From Heterodontus francisci (Eukaryota): a DNA stretch of 64,000 nt. Within the stretch, counting starts at the first letter, position 1; every line of letters starts with the position of its first letter. Both the position numbers and the translations under genes were made by a program. Of this stretch, positions 1 through 11,405 are shown one piece after another. Where the stretch lies: the NCBI RefSeq assembly GCF_036365525.1, contig NC_090416.1, positions 14,064,323-14,128,322 on the forward strand. Direction: 5' to 3'. The notes under the pieces were generated by a model. That model was given only the letters and a program-made list of their open reading frames with translations. It searched no databases and was not told the DNA's origin.

Positions 1-429
1 CAGACCGCATGAAGCCCCTAAAAACCTTGGTTACTTCTTTCTCCTAAATCTCTGAGGAGTTGGGTGGGGGTGGGGGCGGCGGGGGTATCTCCAAATTTTT
101 AATGTGTTACCGAAATTGGTAACACATTTGTGCGTGTGTGTGTTTCCTTGGATTTCATACTTGGTCATCTACATTTAAATGGCATGTGTAATTTGAGACG
201 CTGCACTCAACTATGCAATTTGGGTAAACCTGCAAGACTCTCCCTCGCTGTTTACTTTATTGGAGATAAACAGGGTGTGGACTTAAAATAGCTGGAATTA
301 TCCCAGTAGACAGAGCCTCACGATAGGATCGGAAGTTTACTTCCTGTTCAGTCAGTCACTAACATGCAACAACAAAGCCTGCCTCTCCCTCCTCTGCTTG
401 TTTTACTGTTCGACTCTGTTCACTATCCT

Positions 430-910
430 GTGTCGCACCAATTTCCGTTCGCCCATCACTTGCTGTCCTACATTGCCTCCCAGTCCAGCAATGCCTCAAT
501 TTTCAAATTCTCATCCTTTTTTTGTCTCAAAATCCTCCACGGCCTCGCCATCTCCGTTACCTCCTCCAGCCCTCTGTGATCTCTGCCCTCCTCCAAATTC
601 TGGCTTCTCACACATTGCCAGTTTTAATCGCTCCACCATTGGCGGCCGTGTCTCCAGCTGCCTGGGGGGCCCCAAGCTCTGGAATTCCCTCCCTAAACCT
701 CTCCCCCACCCCCACCCCCCCCCTCTCCTCCTTTAAGACGCTCCTTAAAATTGACCTCTTTGACTGAGCTTTTAGTCACCTGTCCCTAATATCTCCTTCT
801 GTGGGCTGTGTGGGTCAGGATCAAAATTTTATCTGATAGCGCTTCTGTGAAGTATCCTTGGGATGTTTTACTACTTTAAAGTTGCTATATAAATGCAAGT
901 TGTTGTTTAA
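430..910 (+). mobile_element. L2-like LINE 3' fragment
   Basis: Ends ...gctatataaatgcaagttgttgt. The same block (ccctccctaaacctctc...ctctttgacc..gcttttggtca) recurs near 22740-23345, 25000-25460(-), 40160-40520, 43900-44420, 49310-49630 and 57710-58145. Family assignment from memory. Confidence 0.55.
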
Positions 911-964
911 ACGAGATATCCATCTCTCTCTTGCAATGAACTTGCATTATAATACCTTCTCAAA

Positions 965-1620
965 TCAACAGTATCTTATAATCAGCTGGTAGCACTCTTA
1001 TCTCTGGGTGAGATGACTCTTGTTCAAGCCCCACTCAAGGATTCCATACCCAATCCAGGCTGACACTTCCAGTGCAGTACTGAGGAGTGCTGCCGTGTCG
1101 GAAGTGCGTTTTTTTGGATAAGTTGGCAAAAAATGAGGATTGAGCAGGTGGACGTAAAAAAAAAAAAAAAAATAGTCCCACAGCATTATTCGAAGAAGAG
1201 CAGGTGAGTTCTCCCCGGTGTTCCTGAGCCAATATTTATCCGTCTACCAACACCAAATGAACTGGTCGTATGTCTCCTTGATACCAGTGGGATGTTGCTC
1301 CCCATCTTCTGGATGAGACGTTAAACCGAGGCTCCCGGCTGCCCTCTCAGGTTGATGTAAAAGATCCCACGGCCGCTATTGGAGGAAGAAACGGGGTGGG
1401 GGGGGTGGGGAGTTCTCGCCGATGTGCTGGGGCCAATATTTAATCCCTCCACCAACATCACTTTTTTAAAAAAAACTATCTGGGTCATTATTACATTACT
1501 GTTTGTGGGATCTTGCTGTCTGCAGCTCAGCTGCCACGTTTCCTGCATTACAACAGTGACTACTAACATACATTTGGACGTCCTGGGGTCATGAAAGGTG
1601 CTATACAAATGCAAGTCTTT
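965..1620 (+). mobile_element. tRNA-derived Deu-domain SINE copies (SacSINE1/AmnSINE1-like), two adjacent partial copies
   Basis: tRNA-like head followed by the recurring core gatgagacgttaaaccgagg...aaagatccca...gccaatatttatccctc and tail ctatacaaatgcaagtc. Confidence 0.6.
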
Positions 1621-1757
1621 AGCACCTCAACAATAATTAATTGTGTCAAAAGGTTTTCAGTGTAATGAAACATTTTTTTTTCTCATTGTAAATGCACTCC
1701 AGCCTGTCTGTTAACCTTGTACGTACTGAATTTAACTCCCTGTCTTGTTTCTAACAG

Positions 1758-1808
1758 GCTTTTCAGTCACTGGCCCAAGACATATTGATAAAGACAAGCA
1801 AGAAATCG
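1758..1808 (+). CDS. RAB13: Ras-related protein Rab-13, penultimate coding exon
   Basis: ctaacag|...|gtaagt, phase 0/0. Encodes AFQSLAQDILIKTSKKS, matching the Rab13 helix-5 exon AFSSLARDILLKSGGRRS. Upstream exons lie outside the window. Confidence 0.85.
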
Positions 1809-2039
1809 GTAAGTTTACTGCAAGATTGATTTCCTTGTGCTGTATATATTGGACTAGCACCAACCCCCCGAAGTGTGTGTGAGAGCCCAAAAGAGTCATG
1901 TTTCGCTGCTGCCTTTCCATTCCCAGCTGTACCTTCCGTACAAGAGTTTAAGGATAGGTGTATTTCCTATCTCCCTGCCCCCACACCCTCGTACGGGGAC
2001 AGTCTGCCTCTCCCATGGGCCTTGCCCAAGTGATGTGTT

Positions 2040-2580
2040 CTTTAGAGTCGTATATGTCGCAGGAATCCATGCTGGCTCTCCATGGAGCTGTGCAGTCAGC
2101 CCCGCTCCCCGGCTCGATCCCCGTAGCCCCGAAAGTCCATTTCTCTCAGGTGGCCCTTCAACTTCCTCTCGTAGTCATTGATCATCTCCACTTCCACCAC
2201 CCTTGTTGGAAGTGAGTTCCAGGTCATTACCACCCACTGCGTAAAAAAAAATTGCCTCCTCATATTTCCCCTGCATCTCCCTCCCAAAACTTTCAATCTG
2301 TGTTCCCCAGTCCTTGTACCATTTGTTAATGGGAGCAGTTTTTCCTTGTCTTAACTTATCGAAGCCTGTCATAATCTTGTACACCTCTATTAAATCTCTC
2401 CTCAATCTCCTTTTATTCTAAGGAGAACAAGCCCAGCTTTTCCAACCTAACCTTGCAACTAAAATCCACCCATCCCTGGAACCATTCTGGTAAATCTCCT
2501 CTCAAGGACCCTCATGTCCTTCCTAAAGTGTGGTGACCAGAACTGGACGCAGTACTCCAGTTGGGGCCTGACCAGAGCTT
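2040..2580 (-). mobile_element. CR1-type LINE 3' fragment
   Basis: Minus-strand peptides RRDLIEVYKIMTGFDKL and FFTQWVVMTWNSLP are typical of the CR1 ORF2 C-terminus. Confidence 0.75.
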
Positions 2581-3544
2581 TATGTCTTCATAGAATGATA
2601 CAGCAAGGAAAGGAGGCCATTCAGCCCATCGGGCCTGTGCCGGCTCTTTGGTTGAGCTATCCAATTAGTCCCACTCCCTTGAGCCTAGACAGTGAGTGAA
2701 GGGGGCAGCGGGGGGGGGGGGGCAACATCAACACTGGCACTTGCCACTGGATTTTGATCAGGAGCAGGAACCCCTGGCTGATTTTACTCCCCCACTGGTC
2801 TGTGACCCCCACCCCGGCCCCAAGTTGTAAATCACCTACTGCCACTTTCTGTCTCGGCTAGAATGGCTGCTTGGGACAGCTAACCAGAGAGAACTATTGT
2901 TGGAGCTATTCCTCAGCAAGCAGTACTCCCTTAAGGACAGTAGTGGGTCAGCGGAAAGAGGTTTGCTGGGGGGGTGGGGGGGGACGTGAAGGCTAGGGAA
3001 GAAAAGAACCTGCATTTCTATCGTGCCTCTCGCGACCTCAGTATGTCCTGAAACGCTTTACAGCCAATGAAGCCGTTTTTGGAGTGCAGTCACTGTTGTA
3101 ATGCAGGGAAATGTGGCAGCCAATTTGCGCACAGCAAGCTCCCACAAACCGCAGTGTGATGACGACCATTTTTCTCGTCGTCATTCTGGTTGAGGGATAA
3201 ATATTGGCCCCAGGACATGGGGCGGAGCTACCCTGCTCCTCTTCGAAATAGTCAACACAAAAGCAAAACGCCGCAGATGCTGGAAATCTGAAACGAAAAC
3301 AGAAAATGCTGAGCAGGTCAGGCAGCATCTGTGGAGAGAAAAGCAGAGTTCACGTTAACTCCCGACAGATACTCCTGTATCTTTTGCATCCACCTGAGAG
3401 GGAAGACGGGGCCTCAGTCCTAAGTCTCATCAGAAGGGGAGGGAGTGTAGCCCAAAAATGGTCTTGCAAATCAGAGATTGCCAACAATGTCTCTCTCTTG
3501 CATGTTTCTTGTTTAACTCTTTTGTTTATGTTCTCCAAACCTAG

Positions 3545-3622
3545 GGCTTTGGCTCCCCAAGCTCCAAGACTCAGTTGGACAGCCCACAGAAGACCAGTTC
3601 CTCCAAGTGTTCCTTAGTTTAA
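3545..3622 (+). CDS. RAB13: Rab-13 terminal coding exon with CaaX prenylation motif
   Basis: Pyrimidine tract + ctag| then GFGSPSSKTQLDSPQKTSSSKCSLV*. The KCSLV end matches the Rab13-type CaaX (human KCSLG). A long unique 3' UTR follows, with AATAAA at 6291-6296. Confidence 0.85.
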   Translation, partial: GFGSPSSKTQLDSPQKTSSSKCSLV

Positions 3623-6600
3623 GACTCAACACTACACACCCACCACAGAGCTTCGTAACCTCCTCGGAGACCCATTTTGGATAACTTATTGAAATCAACT
3701 ACTGGACCTGCCCGTCTGGGGACGGAACAGTCAATCATTCCGGCTTCGCTCCTGGTCTAACTTCACTCGAATTCCCTCCACACCCTACCTACCTTCCTTC
3801 CACACCCTCCCTCCCTCCCGCCCCCCCCACAACTCCCCCCGCCCCCCCCACAACTCCCATGCCTTCTATTCCTCAGTGGAAGATACTAAGCTAAGCTCCT
3901 CTCTCTTTGACTGAGATGTCCTCCCAGTAACCTGGCACGTCAGGTCTGGAAAATAGGATGTAAGGTTTTCTTCTTTGTATGTCCTGGGATACCGTTGCTG
4001 TTGGGAACTGAGTGGCAGCAGGGGAGGCGAATTTTGAATCTCAGCCGTTCCATTGTGAATTCTGTAATGGGGAGAGGGGGAGGGAGAGGAAATGGAGATT
4101 TCATGAGCAATCGAAAGCCTCAATGCCTTGTACCGGCACTGTATTATTAACTCTTTCTTCATTTCCATTTTTTCTTTTTTGCTCCTTTTTAAAGGGCGAG
4201 ACTCGCTCTCTTTTGCTCTTGAAGCTTTAAGATACTTAGGGAAATACTCACATTTGTTCCGCAGTCATGGGACCATGGAATGAGATTAATGTCAGGCAGG
4301 GAGGGGAATGGGAATTGGGGGCAGGGAGCGGGATTCTGCTGATCTGAAATTCCAGTGCGGGGGAGGAAGGTTCTCACGGAGCGACTGATTAACATTGGGA
4401 AACTAGATGCGAAGTGATCTTTGCTTTTATTTTAAATTATTGTTTTGATTTCTTCAGCTAAAACAGCACACTCCTCCTCTTTCCCTCCATGGATCTGTAA
4501 TGTGTGGTAGGTGCCTGTCCCCTTTTCATGCTAATGACCGCCCCCCAATACCCTAAAGATTTGGGATGGGACAATGCCAGAAGTCTAAAGAACCCTGTAC
4601 GCTCGAGGCTTTGGGATTGAATGAGTTGAGAGGTCCCCAAACGGTTGGGAGATAGACCTGGTGATCTGGGATCTTCTGAATAGATCAAGAAACACTACCC
4701 ACAATTAACCTACTAGATAATGCTGCGATGCTGAGCTACATGGACCAAAAAGATCCAGGTTCCTTCCCTGCTCCGTGCTAATTTAACTGATCTCCAGGTG
4801 GGACACTGTATCGCTTGGCTAGAGGTGAGTGAGGCAGTGGGGGGAAAGGAACTGTCCAGTGACTGCTGATGGACGGTGCACCTGTGGATCAAAGGTGAGG
4901 AGGGAAGTGGCTGTTGTGACTCCTGTTGCTGAATAGCTTGTCGACACACTCACAGTCCAGCCTCATTTGGGTAAAGAGCTTGTGCCTCCATTTACAGTTG
5001 GCTATGCGGGGACAGGATATTGTAAGAAGAAGTGAATTGAGAAAAATACTTGCGACTTGTCCTTCTGTTGGAGAATCCTTGGGTTGGGCGAGTCGGAAAT
5101 AGCCAGGTGAGCTGGATAAATGAAACATGGCTTAAGTAGGTGAAAAGAAGAAGGGAAGACAAAAGCAGGAATTATCTTACAATGGGACCAGCACTTGATA
5201 TGCAATGGTGACAGAAGGGTTAAAAAGCTTTTCTAAGGCAGGGTGGCTCTCTCTACACCCTCCCCGACCACCTCTCAGACAAGGGTTGGAAGCCACACGC
5301 ATGTAAAGGATAACAAGTAAGGGTCCCTCTTGATGTGCACCTCCAAGGCACTTTCAAGGGGAGGGGGGCAATCAGAAAACTGCTGCCCCCCCCCCTCCCC
5401 CTCTTACAGGCATTTTGGGAATCAGTGATGTCATTTGCCTTCAAACGCACTTCTGTCACTGTCTGGCCTGCTTTCAGCACCGTGATCAAGGCTTTGATTG
5501 GTAGGTGATTGGTTGTTTACGCTGACAATAACCTAGCCTCAGATATTGCTACATTGATGAATGAAGAGGGGAGGGATTTGTGGGGGGGTAGGTCAGTGGG
5601 AATAGCCAAGCTGGAAGCAGATTGTAGTTAATGGACGGGCCTTCTTGACTATTTGGTATCGTGGGGCAAGTGGAAAATGAGGTGGCCAGTTAACCTGGGG
5701 AGGAAGGATGGTGGCCTTAGAGGTGTCTTAATTGAATTCGGTGCCTCTGGGGGTAGGAAGGGGAAAACCAGCTGATGATATTGTGACTCACCCTCCTAGC
5801 TGGGAAGCACATGTGACATTGAGCCTCATTGGCAATGCTGTACATGTTTGAATACCCTGCCGGTACAAGAGAAATGGCCACTAGGGCACCGCATGTTCAG
5901 AAGAGATGGGGGAACAAATTGGTGGTGGGGTTGCAGGGACCCCACTGATGGGGCACCAGGTCTACATCCTATTGCTCTGTGACACCGTGCTCAGCACCAC
6001 AGGGCTTCACGCCTTTTCTCTACTCCTGTCTAATGTCAACCGGAATTTAAACTAACAGAAAAAGACGACTAATCAGCCTGTCAGGACTGAGCACCGCCCA
6101 GTCGCAGGGATCGAACTCTGCTCGAGTCAACGTCCCTGAACGAGGCACATTGTGGCAACTCACTATCCCTCATCAAGCATTCCTAAAGTGTCGAAAGACT
6201 GAAGCCTCCAGAAAACAATCGCAGGCCATCTCTTCCAGTTGTGCCATATTGGTGTTGTAGCTGCATTAGCACCTTGTACAATGCTGATGTAATAAATATT
6301 TGTGGCTGCGGACTTTGATCCACACGACTCAATATTTCCACAGCTCTTTTTAAAAAAAAAAATTCATTCTCAGGTCGCTGGTATCAATGGCAAAGCTGGC
6401 ATTTATTACCCATCCCTGATACAACTGAACAGTCCACTCAACCACTTCGGAGAGCACTTAAGTGTCAACCGTATTGGTGTGGAACTGGAGTCACACGTCG
6501 GCCCAGAACAGGTGGGCAGATTTCTTTCCACTAATGTGGCAGGAACCAGAGAACACAAATTTAAGGTAACTGGCGAAAGAACCAGAGGGGAGATGAGACC

Positions 6601-6663
6601 TTTTTTTTAAACACGGCAAGTTGTTAGAATCTGGAATGCAGTGCCTTAAAGGGTGGCGAGAGC

Positions 6664-6980
6664 TAAAGGCCGACTGCCCGACCCGAACCCAACGACACGC
6701 GTCAGGTTCGGGTCAGGTCGCACTTCCAGGTCCGGCATTCGGGTCGGGCCAGGCACGCTCTATCACCACCTCAGGTAAGTGACTTTAATGTTAATTTACT
6801 TTTTGGGCTTGGAAGGTTGTTTTGCTACAGTTATTTTAAGCTTGTGCAGATCAGCAACAAAGTGAAAAATGGAAGGTAGGTTAACTGGTGGTCAGGTTGG
6901 GCGTGGGAAATAAATGGCAGGACTCTGTCTGGGTCGGGCTCAGGGTCGGATTTAATTTGCAGACCCCGAGCCGGCCTTTA
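6664..6980. mobile_element. hAT-type MITE (non-autonomous DNA transposon)
   Basis: 12-bp TIRs taaaggccgact / agccggccttta (1 mismatch), 8-bp TSD gcgagagc / gtgagagc, subterminal cccgacccga-like repeats. Interrupts a CR1 fragment. Confidence 0.8.
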
Positions 6981-7389
6981 GTGAGAGCAGTATCAATTAG
7001 TTGGATAATTACTCCTGTGAAGTGTCATAGAGTCATTTACGGCACAGAAAGAGGCCATTGATTCCATGCTGGCTCTTCACGGAGCCATGCTGTCACTCCC
7101 ACTCCCCAGCTCAATCCCCGTAGCCCTGCAAGTCTACTTCTTTCAGGTGGCCATGCAACTTCCTCTTGGAGTCATTGATCATCTCTGCTTCCACCACCCT
7201 TGTGGGAGTGAGTTCCAGGTCATTACATTACACTACATACTTCTACTGGGACACCCAAAACTGCTTCCTCATATTCCCGCTACATCTTTTGCCCAAAACT
7301 TTCAATCTGTGTCCTCTAGTCCTTGTACCATTTGTTAATGGGAACAGTTTTTCCTTGGGATGTTTTATTACATTAAAGGTGCCACAGAA

Positions 7390-8450
7390 ATGCAAGTTAC
7401 CTTTGGTCACCTACCAGGCACTGGAGAATTTCCATCAGCAGTGTCTCCACAGAATACTCAAAAGTCAAGTGGGAAGACAGACAAACAAACTCCAGAATCC
7501 TCACTGAAGCCAATTCCTCCAACATCACAACCAAGATTATGCTAAATCAGCTCTGCTGGTCTGCACACTGCATCATGTCAAATAGTCGGCTACCGAAGCA
7601 GATCTCTAACCAACATATGAATTAGGAGTAGGCCAGGCCACTCGGCCCTTCAAGCTTGTTCTGCCATTCAATAAGTTCCTGGCTGAACTGATTACTCCAC
7701 ATTTCCACCTACCCCCGATAACCTTTCACCCCCTCGCTTATCAAGAATCGATCTACCTCTGCCTTAAAAATATTCAAAGACTCTGCTTCCACTGCCTTTT
7801 GAGGAAGAGAATCCCAAAGACTCACGACCCTCTGAGGAAAAAAAAATTCTCATCTGTCTTAAATGGGCGACCCCTTATTTTTAAACGGTGACCCCTAGTT
7901 CTAGATTCTCCCTCAAGGGGAAACATCCTTTCCACATCCACCCTGTCAAGACCCCTCAGGATCCTGTATGTTTCAATCAAGTCACCTCTAACTCTCCTAA
8001 ATTCCAGCGGATACAAGCCTAACCTGTCCAATCTTTCCTCATAAGACAGCCCGCCCATTCCAGGTATTAGTCTACTAAGTCGCACAACTTAATGATGGCA
8101 CCCAATCTCAAGGACAACAGAGAAAACATTTTAAGGACGCTCTGAATGCCTCATTGAAAAGGGGACAAATTCACATTGGTGCTTGGGAGGAGCTTCCCAC
8201 AAACTGTACCATGTGGCAGTGCCTCATCCACACAGTCGGCAACATAAACTCTGCTGTGGAGAAGCAACAAAAGCGGAAGGAGGGAGAGCGGGACCCTGGC
8301 TTGAGACCCCCATCCCTCAGGGCTACTCTTGTTCTCTGTGTGCAAAGACCTGCTTCAGGATTGGCCTACTGAGTCACTTGAGGACACAAATCATGAAGCC
8401 TGATAGATTTCATCCTTGTTTCAGGGGATTGACAACAACATAGATGCAAG
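7390..8450 (+). mobile_element. Degenerate RTE/BovB-like LINE 3' fragment interrupted by a CR1 copy
   Basis: Peptides LENFHQQCLHRILK (5' part) and CSLCAKTCFRIGLLSHLRT (3' part) resemble the RTE ORF2 C-terminus. Confidence 0.6.
7612..8075 (-). mobile_element. CR1-type LINE 3' end nested in the RTE fragment
   Basis: ORF 7822-8085: LSYEERLDRLGLYPLEFRRVRGDLIETYRILRGLDRVD. Confidence 0.8.
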
Positions 8451-8837
8451 TTATTTAAACCAGTTCTAGAACTGTGGCAATGTGTCACATATTGACCAGG
8501 GATTGAAGCTGGGGCTTTTCTGGTCTTATGTTATATTACATCAGTTACCAACAATAAATACTGGCCTGGCCAGCGACGCCCACATCCCATGAATGAATTT
8601 AAAAAATTGTTTTCAAACATATATGTATATAAACAAGAGCCAGAGGAAATTAGTTTTTTTTTTACACAGTAAGTTATGATCTGGAATGCGATTCCTCAAA
8701 GAATTAGGAATGGATTTAAGGCAAGAAATTTGCAGGGCTATGGGGAAACAGCAATACAGACATGATAGGCAGAATCACATCCTGTGCTGTAAGATTGTAT
8801 GATTAAGGGAAACAATAACCAGCTTGCATTTGGAGTT

Positions 8838-9285
8838 AAAACAAAAAAAAGTGCAGAAAAGACTCAGCAGGTCAGGCAGAATTTGTGGAGAGAGTTCACG
8901 TTTCAGGTTGATGACCTTTGGTGCGGACTGGCAAACGTTGGAGATGTAACAGGTTTTATGCAAGTAGAAGGGGCCGGGAAAAGGAGGGAGGGAAGGACTG
9001 TGATTCAAGTAGAACTCCGAAGAGTTCCGATGAAGGGTCACCGACCCGAAACGTTAACTCTGCTTCTCTTTCCACAGATGCTGCCAGACTTGCTGAGTGA
9101 ATCCAGCATTTCTTGTTTTTGTTTCAGATTTCCAGCATCCGCAGTATTTTGCTTTTAGATTAAATGACAAAATGGATGATGGTGTAAGGCAAATGTGGGT
9201 GGTGATGAGACAAGTAATAGGTGTAATAAAAACAAGAAATGCTGGAAATACTCAGCAGGTCTGGCAGCATCTGTGGACAGAGAAG
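8838..9285. mobile_element. Cluster of Penelope-derived short repeats in alternating orientation
   Basis: Motif gaaacgttaactctg...cacagatgctgccagacttgctgagt...tcagatttccagcatc on both strands. Further copies at 3256-3360(-), 10849-10985 and 13880-13995. Confidence 0.55.
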
Positions 9286-9489
9286 TAATAGGTGTAAATG
9301 GGAATAGCATAAGTAACAGCTGTCATGCAAAAAGCTGGGTGCAAATTGTTGAACTCAGTGTTGAATCTTGAAGGATATAAAGTGCCCAATCGAAAGATAA
9401 GGTGCTAGTCCTTGAGCTCCATTGCAACAGTGTAGAAGACCAAGAACAGAGTGAGAATGAAGCAGAAAATTTGGAGATTAGCCTTTGCC

Positions 9490-10004
9490 TCGGAAGTAGG
9501 AGGGGGAAAACTACAACTCCCAGAATGCTTTGCCAGAAAGCGCATGACCACCTGCTCCACGAGAAAGGGGCGGGACCAGAATCAGCCTCCTTGTCCCGCT
9601 CTTTCTCCGACATCCGATTGGTCAAGGGCAGGGCTTTCAGCAGCTCACCGGCTCGAGTGCCCGTCAATCATTTGTCAACCTGCACCCCCCCCCCTCCCGC
9701 CATCCTCGATGCCGTCGATTGGCAGTCGCGTTGAAGAGGCGGGGACCCAACGCGCGCCGAGGCTCCCGTCAATCATTTTCCACCGTCCCGCCTCCCATCC
9801 AGCTCTCGATCCCGTGATTGGTCAGGCGGTTGAGAAGGCCGCGATCCGATTGGATGAGGAGCCTGTCAATAATAGCAGGCCGCGCACACCTCTTCATCCA
9901 CCTCAAACTGGAAGCTCATCGAAGTTGCGGCGGCGGCGGCGGCGGCGGTTTCGTTTCAAAATAAAACCACGCCGCGATTGAGTGTTTGTCCGCTCGCTGT
10001 GGAA
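9490..10004 (+). promoter_or_regulatory. APH1A CpG-island promoter / 5' UTR
   Basis: CpG-rich. ZNF143/SBS-type motif actacaactcccagaatgc at 9510-9528, several ATTGG (CCAAT) boxes, GC boxes, (GCG)7 at 9927-9947. Confidence 0.7.
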
Positions 10005-10117
10005 ATGAGCGCGGCTGTTTTCTTCGGCTGCACCTTCATCGCCTTCGGGCCGGCTTTCTCGCTGCTGCTCTTCACCGTGGTTGGAGACCCGCTGCGGGTG
10101 ATCATCCTGGTCGCTGG
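10005..10117 (+). CDS. APH1A: Gamma-secretase subunit APH-1A, exon 1
   Basis: MSAAVFFGCTFIAFGPAFSLLLFTVVGDPLRVIILVAG|gtgagg, 113 nt. The seven exons sum to 798 nt = 265 aa + stop. Confidence 0.95.
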
Positions 10118-10759
10118 GTGAGGTGGTTTTATTCGGGGAAATAATTCCCTCAATTACTCCCTCAGTTTCCCTCACCATCCCCTCCACCGCCTCCTAAATC
10201 TGCCTCCGAGTGGCAACCGTCAATCATTAAAGTCCCTGGGAGCCGTTGGCCCCTGTTGCCGGATTTAAAGGGGTGGTCACCTGCATGTTGAAGGGGCGGG
10301 GCCAAGGGTTTAGCCGACAAAAAAAACACTTTTTTTTTGTTAAAGCACCAACTTTTCCCCCTTGGGGGTTTTTTTTAAAGGGGTACCACCTGCCTTCCAG
10401 ATACTATGCTTCCCCTCTCCCCACCCCCTCACCCCCTTTACCTGCATGAGTCCTGCCAGGCTATTTGACTGCGTGGGGCGTGCCGCGACGAAGAAGCGGG
10501 CGGCCCAGCCCCTCGAGCCTGTCCTGCCATTCAATTAGATCAATGACGGCAGATGCCCATTAACCACGGAGGGCAGTCGGAAAGTAATTCGGCTGCTTTC
10601 TCGGCTCTTTTCCTCCAAACCCCCCCCCCCCCCCACCAACCGCCCCAAACCATAGGGTGACTGAGGCCAGTTGTTGCACTTGCTACAGTCGGTCCGGCTG
10701 GGATCACAACATAGACTGGATCCTAGAGTACGAGGGGACGTAGAAGCCATGCGCTTCAG

Positions 10760-11405
10760 CTGTGCAAGGCCTGTTTAGACCGCACTCGAGTACTGGGCAC
10801 GACACCTTAAGAAGGATATATTAGCCTTGGAGAAACCCAGAACGATACCTGAAGAATAGTCACGTCGATTCGAAACGTTAACTCTGTTTCTCTCTCTCTC
10901 TCCACAGCTGCTGCCAGGCCTGCGGAGTATTTCCAGCACTTCCTATTTTTATTTCAGATTTCCAGCATCTGCGGTATTTTTTTGTTTACCAGCATGATAG
11001 CTGGACCCCAAGGGTTAAATTACGAGGCAAGATTACACAAACTAGGATTATATTCCCTGGAATTTAGAAGATTAAGGGGTGATTTGTTCAAAGTTTTCAA
11101 GAGGGGAACAGATAGTTTCTCTCTATCCAGCCTATTTCCACGGATTGGGGAGTCTGGAATTAGGGGGCAGAGTCTAAATATTGGAGCCAGACCTTGCAGG
11201 AGTGAAATTAGGAAACAATTCCACACACAAGGTTTGGAACTCTCCTGCAAACAGCAGGATCGTTTGTTAATTTTAAATCTGACATTGATGTGTTTTTCTA
11301 AACCAAAGGTATGAAGGGATGTGAGGCAAAGGAGGGTAGATGGAGTTGGGTCACTGAGCAGCCATGATCTCAGTGAATGGTGGAGCAGGCTCGAGGGGCT
11401 AAATC
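10760..11405 (+). mobile_element. CR1-type LINE 3' fragment with nested Penelope-derived repeat
   Basis: GLNYEARLHKLGLYSLEFRRLRGDLFKVFK; insertion at about 10849-10985. Confidence 0.7.

Noticed and set aside
9402-9981. 110-aa and 176-aa ORFs upstream of APH1A
   Set aside because: They lie in the GC-rich promoter; poly-Arg comes from the (GCG)7 repeat; no splice or homology support.
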